From Squalus acanthias (lineage: Eukaryota): a stretch of DNA of 64,000 bases. Positions 34,331 to 44,794 of the stretch are shown here, piece by piece. Position numbers and translations under genes: made by a program. The stretch is taken from NCBI GenBank assembly GCA_030390025.1, contig JASTWF010000340.1:1-64000 (forward strand), given 5' to 3'. The notes beneath the pieces were generated by a model. The model saw only the letters and a list, made by a program, of their open reading frames with translations, made no database searches and had not been told where the DNA came from. Within the stretch, counting starts at the first letter, position 1; each line of letters begins with the position of its first letter.

Positions 34331-36152
34331 CTTGTTACAGAGTCCGACTTCACACTGGGAGAGACACACACTGAACGCAGGCACACTTGTTACAGAGTCC
34401 GACTCCACACTGGGAGAGACACAGGCTGCTCACAGGGACACTTGTTACAGAGTCCGACTCCACACTGGGAGAGACACACTGTACACAGGATCACTTGTTA
34501 CAGAGTCCTACTCCACAGCAGCAGAAACACTTTTACTTGTATCTCGCAATGCTGTACCGACCCAGAAAGTGTTCGATGGGACAGTGTAGAAACAGCTATA
34601 ATCTGTATCTAACCAGTGCTGTACTTGCCAGCGAGTGTTTGATGTGAAATTGCACAGTGACCTGCTCATACCCTCATCCGTGCCTTTGTTTCTCCTAACT
34701 CGCACCAAGTCCCTTTCACCCATCACCCCTGTGCTCGCTGACCTACATTGACTCCCGGCCTGGCAACGCTTCAATTTTATTATTCGTCTTGCCCCCCCCC
34801 CCTCCCTATCGCTGTAGCCTCCTCCGTCCCTACAGCCCTTTGAGATCTCTGCGCTCCTCCAATACTGGCCTCTTGCGCATCCCCGATTTTCATCGCTCCG
34901 TATTTTTATCTGTATTTCTCCATCTTTCTCTGTACCTCTCTCTCCATCTCTCCTTTAATTTCTTTCTGCACCTTAATCTCTCAATATATCTGTGTAGTTC
35001 TTTACTTGATCCCTGTCTTTGTATTTCTCACAATCTGCTTTCTGGTCCTCAGTTTCTCTCAGTTGTTCTCTGGGAATTTGAGAGTGATGAAATAAGAGAA
35101 TGAAATATGTTTTATTAGATTTGGAGAGACAGGCGGTAAGGCTCCCTGGGTTACATTCTGAGACCAGTGGGGCACACACGCAGGTGGTATAAAGACTGGT
35201 GTCCTGTATCTCTGATGCTTTTCATCATAGCTCTGTATTTCTACAGTTTCCTTTATATCTCTGTACATCTCTCTCTATGTGCCTCTCTGTAAAGCGATCT
35301 CGCTTTATATTTCTGTATCTCGCTGTACTTAATAAATTTGTATTTCTTGAAATCGCTACACCTCTCTCTTTGAAACTCTCAGAATGTCTGTTCTTAATTT
35401 CTGTCAGGATCTCTCTCAGGCCTATTATTTGAGAGAGTCATTTTAAAGTTAAACTGAACCTGCTCCAAAGACACAAGAGATGCAGAACTAGAATGTGTGC
35501 CAACACCTGCTGCCTCATCTGGTCTGGGAACCTTGGGTTTTATATATTCCACCATCTCCTGCGCTTGAAGTCTCTGGCGTTGGTCAGACATTGTTTACTT
35601 ATTTCATTGTCTTGGGGTGATTAATATGAATTGTTTCTGATCTGCACAGTATTTAAACTCACTTTCGCGGGCTTTTCTTTCACAGGCTGTTGTCGGGAGA
35701 GACGAGACCGGAAGCGGACCAGGTGGGAAGCACCCAGGTGAACAGCATTTAAGGAGGGTGGTGGCTTAAACCCGAGTTCCTACAGAGTAGGAACCCCCAC
35801 CCGCCCTCCTCCTCTAACCTACTAGTCTTTTAGCAGTCTAAAAACAGAGGTCACAAATTTTTTGGTCTCAGTTTCTTTTCAGCAGGGCAGGAACCGGGAG
35901 GAGCGGGAAGTCGGCGTAGGACCAAGGGGACACAAGACCGGGAAGTCAGCGAAAGACCAGGGAGGTAAGACTAACTGGTAAGTACTTTCCTCAAACCTTC
36001 CTAGAAAGTAAAACTAAAACTAGTGGGATTTGGTTAGTTTAAAAAGGAATAAGAGGAGTACAGTATACATTGGTCTAAGTAAGCTTCGGGAAAACAAAAG
36101 TCAATAAATAAACTAAAACTAGAAAATTAAAAAGTAATATAAGGGTTAAGTC

Positions 36153-37100
36153 ATGGCAGTAGAGCTCGGACCTGTGTCATGCTCCTCCTGTAACATGTGG
36201 GAAATCAGGGACGCTTCCTGTGTCCCTGACAACCATGTGTGCGGGAAGTGTGTCCAGCTGCAGCTCATGTGGGACCGCATGACGGCCCTTGAGCTGCGGA
36301 TGGACTCACTTTGGAGCATCCACGATTCTGAGAGGGTTGTGGATAGCACATTTAGTGAGTTGGTCACACCGCAGGTTAAGGCCAGCGTAGATAGTACATG
36401 GGTGACCAAAAGGCAGAGCAAGGGCAGGAAGGTAGTGCAGAAATCCCCTGGGGTTGTCTCCCTTAGCAACAGGTTCACCGCCTTAGGTGCTGTTGTCGGG
36501 GGGGATGACTCATCGGGGGAAGGCACCAGCAGCCAGGCTCATGGCACCATGACTGGCTCTGTTGCAAAGAAGGGAGGGAAAAAGAGTGGCAGGGCTATAG
36601 TAATAGGGGATTCGATTGTAAGGGGAATAGATAGGGGTTTCTGTGGTCGCGACCGAGATTCCAGGATGGTATGTTGCCTCCCTGGTGCAAGGGTCAAGGA
36701 TGTCTCGGCGCGGGTGCAGAACATTCTGGAGGGGGAGGGGGAACAGCCAGTTGTCGTGATACATGTTGGTACCAACGACGTAGCTAAAAAAAGGGAAGAG
36801 GTCCTACAAGTAGAATTTAGGGAGTTAAGAGCCAAGCTAAAAAGTAGGACCTCGAAGGTAGTAATCTCTGGATTACTACCAGTGCCACGTGCTAGTAAGA
36901 GTACAGAGAACAGGATAGTTAGGCTAAATACGTGGCTTGAGCAGTGGTGTAAGAGGGAGGGTTTAAAATTTTTGAGGCATTGGAACCAGTTTTGTGGTAG
37001 GTGTGACCTATACAAAAGGGACGGTCTACACCTGTGCAAAGATGGAACTGATGTTCTCGGGGTAATTTTTGATAAAGCAGTTCGGGAGCATTTAAACTAG
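36153..37100 (+). CDS. CR1 ORF1p: zinc finger, leucine zipper, SGNH esterase domain
   Basis: CSSC...CGKC, LELRMDSL, IGDSIVRG, PGAR, IHVGTND, DGLHL; 315 aa open. Confidence 0.93.
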   Translation: MAVELGPVSCSSCNMWEIRDASCVPDNHVCGKCVQLQLMWDRMTALELRMDSLWSIHDSERVVDSTFSELVTPQVKASVDSTWVTKRQSKGRKVVQKSPGVVSLSNRFTALGAVVGGDDSSGEGTSSQAHGTMTGSVAKKGGKKSGRAIVIGDSIVRGIDRGFCGRDRDSRMVCCLPGARVKDVSARVQNILEGEGEQPVVVIHVGTNDVAKKREEVLQVEFRELRAKLKSRTSKVVISGLLPVPRASKSTENRIVRLNTWLEQWCKREGLKFLRHWNQFCGRCDLYKRDGLHLCKDGTDVLGVIFDKAVREHLN

Positions 37101-37174
37101 TATGGCAGGGGGCTAGAAACCTATGTAGTGAAATAGAGGAAAGTGAAAGGCAGACAGAAATAAATGGTAAAAGG

Positions 37175-40042
37175 GTGAGGAACAAAAAACAAAGGGCCAA
37201 ACTAATTCATAAAAAATGTGAGCATAAAAAAAGCCTGAGGGTTTTATACCTTAATGCGAGAAGCATCAGGAACAAGGTAGATGAATTAGCTGTGGAAATA
37301 GAGGTTAATAATTATGATCTAATTGGGATTACGGAAACATGGTTGCAGGGTGAGCAGGGCTGGGAGCTTAACATACAGGGGTATTCAGTATTTAGGAAGG
37401 ATCGACAAAAAAGAAAGGGAGGAGGGGTAGCATTGCTGGTAAAAGAAGGGATAAATGCAATTGAAAGGAAGGATATTAACTCAGTTAATACAGAATCTAT
37501 ATGGGTGGAGCTAAGAAATAGCGAGGGGCGAAAAACATTAATAGGAGTGGTATATAGGCCTCCAAATAGTAAAATAGAGGTTGGGGAGGGCATCACGAGG
37601 GAAATTAGAGAAGCGTGCAATAAGAGCACAGCTGTCATCATAGGTGACTTTAACTTACATATAGATTGGAATAGCCTAATCAGTAAAAATAATGAGGAGG
37701 AGGAATTCCTTGAGTGTTTAAGGGATGGTTATCTGGATCAATATGTCGAGGAACCAACTCGGGAACAGGCTATATTGGACTGGGTACTGTGCAATGAGAA
37801 GGGACTAATTAGTAATCTTGTTGTACGGGGACCCTTGGGTCAGAGCGATCATAACATGATCGATTTCTCACTCGAAATGGAGAGCGAAGAAATTGACTCA
37901 GATACTAAGGTCCTGAATTTAAACAAGGGGAATTATGATGCCATTAGACGGGAACTGAGTAGGTCTGATTGGACAACGTTCCTGGGAGGACTGGAGGTAG
38001 ATAAACAATGGCAAGCATTTAAAGATAGAATGACAAAATTGCAAAAATTGTTTATACCAATCTGGCATAAAAGGAAATCTAAAAAGGTGACTCAACCGTG
38101 GATAACAGGGGAAATTAGAGACAGCATAAAATCCAAAGATAGGGCGTATAAAATAGCAAAAAAAAGCGCCAGAGCGGAAGATTGGGAACATTTTAAGATA
38201 GAGCAAAGGAGGACAAAGGGCTTAATCAAGAGGGGCAAAATAGCTTACGAAAGCAAGCTGGCGGAAAATATAAAAACTAACTCCAAAAGCTTTTATAAGT
38301 ATATCAAGAGGAAAAGACTGGTGAAAACCAAAGTTGGCCCATTGCAGTCAGATACGGGGGAATATATAACGGGAAATAAGGAAATGGCAGACCAACTAAA
38401 TGCATACTTTGGGTCAGTCTTTACGAAGGAAGACACAAAAAACCTCCCTGGGATATCGGGAAAAATAGGGACATTTGCAAAGGAGGAACTGACGCAAATC
38501 AATATCTCTAAGGATATGGTGTTAAGGAAGCTAAAGGGATTGAAGGCTGACAAATCCCCAGGGCCTGATAACATGCATCCTAGGGTGCTGAAGGAGGTGG
38601 CCCTAGAGATAGCGGATGCACTAAGTATGATTTTTCAGAATTCATTAGACTCGGGAACAGTGCCCATGGATTGGAGGGTAGCTAACGTTACCCCACTATT
38701 CAAAAAGGGGGGTAGGGAAAAAGCAGGTAATTACAGACCTGTAAGCCTTACATCAGTTGTGGGCAAAATGCTGGAGTCCATCATTAAGGATGAAATAGCG
38801 GAGCACTTAGCAAATGGGGACAGGATAGGACAGAGTCAACATGGATTTACAAAGGGTAAATCGTGCTTGACTAATCTATTGGAATTTTTTGAGGGAGTAA
38901 CTGGTAAAATAGATGGGGGAGAGCCAGTAGATGTGGTGTACCTGGACTTCCAAAAGGCCTTCGATAAGGTCCCACATAAAAGATTAGCAGGGAAAATTGA
39001 AGCTCATGGGATAAAGGGGAAAGTATTGACGTGGATAGAGAACTGGCTGTCAGATAGAAAACAGAGAGTTGGAATAAACGGCTCATTTTCTGAATGGCAG
39101 GCAGTAACAAGTGGTGTACCACAGGGATCTGTCCTGGGTCCCCAGCTGTTCACAATTTACATTAATGACCTGGATCAGGGAGTCGGATGCAGCATTTCCA
39201 AATTTGCAGACGACACTAAACTAGGAGGGGGGGTGGGCTCAGAGGAGGAGACCAGGAAGCTCCAGAGCGATTTGGACAGACTGGGTGATTGGGCGGATAA
39301 ATGGCAGATGCACTATAATGTGGACAAGTGCGAAGTTATCCACCTTGGGTGCAGGAACGGGAGGGCAAATTATTATTTAAATGGCAATAAATTGGGAGAG
39401 GGGGAAGTACAGAGAGACCTGGGTGTTCTTGTACATCAGTCACTGAAGGCGAGCATGCAGGTGCAACAGGCGGTCAAGAAGGCAAACGGTATGCTGGCCT
39501 TCATAGCAAAAGGGTTGGAATACAGGAACAGGGATACCTTGCTGCAGCTGTACAGGGCACTGGTGAGACCACACCTCGAGTACTGTGTACAGTTTTGGTC
39601 GCCTCATCTGAGGAAAGATGTTCTTGCCATGGAGGGGGTGCAGCGGCGATTCACCAGGCTGATACCAGGAATGGCGGGATTGACCTATGAGGAGAGACTA
39701 TGTAGTTTAGGGATGTACACACTGGAGTTTAGAAGATTGAGAGGGGACCTCATAGAAGTGTATAAAATTCTGACAGGTCTAGACAGACTAGATGCAGAAG
39801 GAATGTTTCCCTTGGCGGGTGAGAACAGAACTAGAGGACATAATTTAAGGATAAGGGCTAAACCATTTAGGACAGAAATGAGGGGGAATTTCTTCACTCA
39901 GAGGGTGGTGAACCTGTGGAACTCATTGCCACAGAGGGCAGTGTACGCCAGCTCATTAAATATATTTAAGAGGGAATTAGATATATTTCTACAGGCAAAA
40001 GGGGTTAAGGGTTACGGAGAGAAGGCGGGGACGGGATACTGA
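37175..40042 (+). CDS. CR1 ORF2p: APE endonuclease + reverse transcriptase (start uncertain, no ATG at the ORF start)
   Basis: YLNARSIRNK, ITETW, GDFN, SDHN; KSPGPD, YRPVSLTS, YLDFQKAFD, PQGSVLGP, FADDTK; 955 codons open. Confidence 0.95.
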   Translation: MRNKKQRAKLIHKKCEHKKSLRVLYLNARSIRNKVDELAVEIEVNNYDLIGITETWLQGEQGWELNIQGYSVFRKDRQKRKGGGVALLVKEGINAIERKDINSVNTESIWVELRNSEGRKTLIGVVYRPPNSKIEVGEGITREIREACNKSTAVIIGDFNLHIDWNSLISKNNEEEEFLECLRDGYLDQYVEEPTREQAILDWVLCNEKGLISNLVVRGPLGQSDHNMIDFSLEMESEEIDSDTKVLNLNKGNYDAIRRELSRSDWTTFLGGLEVDKQWQAFKDRMTKLQKLFIPIWHKRKSKKVTQPWITGEIRDSIKSKDRAYKIAKKSARAEDWEHFKIEQRRTKGLIKRGKIAYESKLAENIKTNSKSFYKYIKRKRLVKTKVGPLQSDTGEYITGNKEMADQLNAYFGSVFTKEDTKNLPGISGKIGTFAKEELTQINISKDMVLRKLKGLKADKSPGPDNMHPRVLKEVALEIADALSMIFQNSLDSGTVPMDWRVANVTPLFKKGGREKAGNYRPVSLTSVVGKMLESIIKDEIAEHLANGDRIGQSQHGFTKGKSCLTNLLEFFEGVTGKIDGGEPVDVVYLDFQKAFDKVPHKRLAGKIEAHGIKGKVLTWIENWLSDRKQRVGINGSFSEWQAVTSGVPQGSVLGPQLFTIYINDLDQGVGCSISKFADDTKLGGGVGSEEETRKLQSDLDRLGDWADKWQMHYNVDKCEVIHLGCRNGRANYYLNGNKLGEGEVQRDLGVLVHQSLKASMQVQQAVKKANGMLAFIAKGLEYRNRDTLLQLYRALVRPHLEYCVQFWSPHLRKDVLAMEGVQRRFTRLIPGMAGLTYEERLCSLGMYTLEFRRLRGDLIEVYKILTGLDRLDAEGMFPLAGENRTRGHNLRIRAKPFRTEMRGNFFTQRVVNLWNSLPQRAVYASSLNIFKRELDIFLQAKGVKGYGEKAGTGY

Positions 40043-42369
40043 ATTAGAGGATTAGCCATGATCTCATTAAATGGCGGAGCAGGCTCGAAGGGCTGGATGG
40101 CCTACTCCTGCTCCTATCTTCTATGTATCTATGTATCAGGAAAAGCATGTCCCTAGCCATGGTGCTGCCCTGGGCAAATACTGCGCCACCAATCAACAAT
40201 GCCATTTCCTGCCTCTGCAAAGATATCATACTGTTCCACAATGCAGGAATGTCAGAAAAAACTTTTCATCCCATATCCTAGATCAACTTTAATCACTCAA
40301 ATCTTTCAGGTAATTATACGAGATTTACCAGCCAGATTCCGAGCCACAAATTCAATCGTTTAAGAGATAAAAAATTGTCACAGAAATGTGACTTATTGTT
40401 GTTAATTTACAATTGACAAATATACACAGAATTTGCGTCACCTAATGATAAACACATAGCAGGAAAAGCTGTGACTGAACAGAAATAATCATCTGTCTTT
40501 CTTCCTGGCCAGCAGAACCAGTCAGACTGACTTGGAGATGTTTATTCATATGTTAAATTAAAGATTTAAAATTTACCTATTTCGCTTCTAATGTTTTTCT
40601 CTCAAACATTCTCCAAAATATTAATCCCTGCTCTTATCATGAAAAGTGTTGAATTATTTTAGGTTCTTCCCCACGAAAAGCGGGAAACAAACTTCATTGT
40701 TCTCTCAATTTTTAATCTCCTATTTCAAACATTCAATCCAAATTAAATTGTACGTTATCAGTTTAATCAACGTATTTTCTGTGTCTTTCTCAATTAACAA
40801 AGAGTGGTTTCTTCTAAAGTAGGTTCCTGCAATTCTTATACTTCATTACATAAATCTTGTTTCTATTAACATCCCCGATTTTAAACGCTCACTATTTTTA
40901 TCTTTAGATCTCCATCTTAAAATATATCCAAAATCCATCTCCAACATACACACACACAAACACCAAAATATACAGACTTTAATCTGTATCTTTATACAGT
41001 ACACACAGCGGGTAAAAGGCAACAATTCACTCCCGCCTTGTGCTGTCCGGCACACTCGGCTGCACAGTACCAGGCGGGAGTGAGTCATCCTGTTTTGGAA
41101 GCTTTTTAATTCCAGATTTATTTTATTTCAAAAGAACAGAATTCAAATTGACAACAGCCCAGGGAGGGATTTGAACTCCTGCTTTCTGTATGTTTGCCCA
41201 GGCCTCCAGAATGACATCACCCCGAAACTATCAGCCTGGAGAATGGTTAATCTGTTAACAAACCTTCCTTCGGCCCTTGTCTGGGGTCTCAGGTTTGTGT
41301 ATTACCCCCATCTCTAGTTCCTTCATGTGTTTGAAGAGTTTGAAGTTAGTCAGACACGATCTGATTCTCACCTTATACAAACAAACAAAATCCGCTTCTC
41401 CTTTCAACAATCCCATTTCCTGCTAATGCAAAGATCTCACATCGTTCCACAATGCAGGAATGTCTGAAACATTCTCTGTATCGATATCCCAGTCAATTTT
41501 AAACATTCAAACATCGTGAAACCTGATATAGCCAACAGATTCCGAGCCCTATGCTTAAGATATAAAAAATGTCACAGAAATGTGTTGTTATTTAAACAGT
41601 CAGGCTGAAATATTTCAGGGTACTTTTCAATCAAGACACAAATCAGAGCGGAAACAGAGAGAGAGGGAGAGAGAAAAAAGAGAGGTGCACAGGGAGAAGG
41701 AGAAAATTAGGGATAGTGGCAGCGTGTTGGCAGAATGGACGAAGAGAGAGCGAGAGATGGGAGATGGACGGCAGCAGAGAGGGGAAGGAGCGAAAGAGAG
41801 AGAGAGAGGAATAGACATTGAGAGAGAGAAAGACAGAGGAAGCGAAATGGAGAGAGAGAGAGAGAGAGAGAGGGAGCGACATGGAGAGAGAGAGGGAGTG
41901 AGGGAGTGAAACACTCAAACACTCCCAGGGCAGGTACAGCAAGGGTTAGATAGAGAGTAAAGCTCCCTCTACACTGTTCCATCAAACACTCTCAGGGCAG
42001 GTACAGCACGGGTTAGATGCAGAGTAAAGCTCCCTCTACACTGTCACATCAAACAGTCCCAGGGCCGGTACAGCAGGTGTTAGATAAAGAGTAAAGCTCT
42101 CTCTGCACTGTCCCATGCATGCTTTTGTCAAAAGGTATCATAAAACTCTACAAATGGTCTAATGATGCATTGTAAAAGAACAAAAACCTTAAAGAGGAGC
42201 GGACAGACATCTGAAATGTTTAGATCCCAATACCGGAAGTATTTGAACTTGCAAGCACAGACTGCACTACGAAGAGCACAGATTTTATGCAGTTGAGTGT
42301 CGGTCAGATGTGGATAATGGTCGAGAGGTTTATTGAAAGGACTACAAGGAATATAGGAAGGGTCGAGGA

Positions 42370-43520
42370 GTTCGGAAAGTTTAGGGCTCATGGGACTGGG
42401 GGTAATATATTAGCATGGATTGAGGATTGGCGATCGGACAGAAAACAGAGAGTCGGAATAAAAGAGTCATTTTCGGGTTTGCAGGCTGTAACTAGTGGGG
42501 TACCGCAAGGATCAGTGTTTGGGCCTCAGCTATTCACAATTTATTTCAATGATTTGGATGAGGGAACCAAATGAAATGTATCCAAGTTTGCTGATGATAA
42601 ATGCTGGATGGGAATGTAAGTTGGGAGAGGTTGCAAGGAGGCTTCAAGGGGATATAGACAGGCGATGTGAGTGGGCAAGAACAGGGCAAATTGATTATAA
42701 CGTGGAGAATTATGAAGTTATCCACTTTCGTAGGAAAATAGAAAAGCAGACTTTTTTTTTAACTGGTGAGAGATTGGAAAATGTTGTTCTTCAGAGGGAT
42801 TTGGGTGTTCTTGTACACGGATCACTGAAAGTTATCCTGCAGGTACAGCAAGCACTTAGGAAAACAAATTGTATGTTGGCCGTTATTACAAGAGGATTTG
42901 AGTATAAGAGTAAAGGCGTCTTACTGCAATTATATAGGGCCTTTGTGAGAACACACCTGGAGTATTGTGTGCAGTTTTGGTCTCCTTACCTAAAGAAGGA
43001 TATACTTGTCATACAGGGAGTGCAACGAAGGTTCAGCACACTTGTTACTGGGATGGGGGGATTGTCCTTTGTGGAGAGATTGAGTAGACTAGGCCTATAT
43101 TTTCTAGAGTTTAGAAGAATGAGAGGTGATTTCATTGAAACAAACAAAAGTCTTACAGGGCTTGACAGGGTAGATGCAGGGAGGAAGTTTCCTCTGGCTG
43201 GGGAGTCTAGAACCAGGGCTCACAGTCTCAGAATAAGTGGTCGGCCAATTAGTACTGAGAAGAGGAGAAATTTCTTCACTCAGACGATGGTGAATCTTTG
43301 GAATTCGCTACCACAGAGGGCTGTGGAGGCTCAGTCCTTGACTATATTCAAGACAGAGATCGATAGATTTTTGAATAATAAGCGTATCAAGGGTTATGGG
43401 GATAGTGCAGGGAAGTGGAGATGAGGTAGAAGATCAGCCATGATCTTATTGAATGGCGGAGCAAGCTCTAAGGGGCAAATGGCCTACTCATGCTCCTATA
43501 TCATATATTCTTACGTTCTT
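42370..43520 (+). mobile_element. 5'-truncated CR1 (RT to 3' tail)
   Basis: ORFs 42287-42574 ([10 protein letters not shown]) and 42495-43424; 3' tail. Confidence 0.92.
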
Positions 43521-44794
43521 ATGACAGAGCTAGAAGGAGAGGAGTTCGAAATTGCATCAGGTTCACCAATACACAGCAGTACTGCGCAGCAGCCAGCAGA
43601 GGGAGCTGGTGGTGCAAAACTGCACAACGGCCAGAGGAGGGAGCAGCAGCACCAGACACACTCCGATCCTGTAGAACAAGGAGGGTTTTACTTGCTGGGG
43701 TTAAAATCGACACCTTGGACATATCAGCTTAGAATGGAGGCATCTGTGACATGGTATTACACAGATCAACAAGTTAGTAACTTGTGTGGAATACTAATTC
43801 AAATTACATTGTGGGCGAAGGAACAAGTTGGAAGAAGCTCAAATTTAAAAGTGAACTATTTAGGACTGATATCAGGAGAATGATCAACACTTCCAATGGA
43901 CTCCAGGCCCAGCGAAGGTGGTGAAAGCCCCGGAATGATTTAGGAAACAACTGGATTGAGCAATGGGGTGAAGACTATGGTTGTTCTGGAGTGATAAATT
44001 AAAATGGCTGAATGGCCCAGAGCAGGAGATTTAATACAATGTTGAAAACCGGCAGCTTGTGGGAGGAAGGGGAGAAAGAGGCAAAAGAGCCACAGCTAAG
44101 ATCACCTTGGAAACCACTGGCCCCGAATCTGTGTTAAATCCCCCCACTGTATTTAAACACATTTAGTGTCACATTCATACATTGATGCATTTGAGAAATA
44201 TATGTGATTTAACGCTGTCTCTGGTCTAAAATAACTGCTTTATATATTTGATCCCACCCGCTGTGTTTAGGCTCTATCCTGAATCTTTAGCTCCAGTTTA
44301 GAATCAGTTTATCATCTGGAGACAAGGTTTCAGCAGCCGGCGGGCAGGGAGCAGAGCCTGAGGCTGATCTGTGTCATGTGGGAGCAGAACACAATATTCC
44401 TGCTGTTTATTTGCGTTATCCTGCAGAATATTGGATACTGTTCTCAACATGTTATACTCCTCTTCAATATCGGAGGGTTTCGTTTATTGGAATGATCGCT
44501 GCGACTCTTTTCAATTTAATGAATTTGCAGCAAATTGAATATCACGAAACCAGCGAAATGGTCATTGCCGAGATTAAACACTCAGTGCAGGATCCGCGAT
44601 TTGTGCATTTCAGCTGACCGCTGCACTTAAGCAGCTGCGATATCCGAATGATAAAGGCGTTGGAGTCGAAATTTCAGAGCTTTGCCTGGGAACGTTCGAA
44701 CACTGTTGCAAAACTTGTTGTATTTTAACGTTAATAAATCTAATTTGTTAGAAATGTTTGAAGCCTTGATTGATCTGAGCTCTGATCACCCTAA

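Larger units (their letters stand above)
35650..40134 (+). mobile_element. Full-length CR1 LINE with two intact ORFs
   Basis: Absent from the paralogous site at about 31260-31280; 5' UTR, ORF1, ORF2, 3' tail tctatgtatctatgt. Confidence 0.96.
27850..42115. repeat. Direct tandem segmental duplication: unit A about 27850-33020, unit B about 33020-42115 (B enlarged by a full-length CR1)
   Basis: Same order in both units: satellite, CR1 fragment, 55-bp minisatellite, L2 fragment, unique blocks (31002-31199 vs 35394-35591; 32380-32655 vs 41210-41480), GA tract. Confidence 0.93.

Noticed and set aside
44085..44125. hAT-like terminal inverted repeat ttggaaaccactg
   Set aside because: No matching opposite end or target duplication found by eye.
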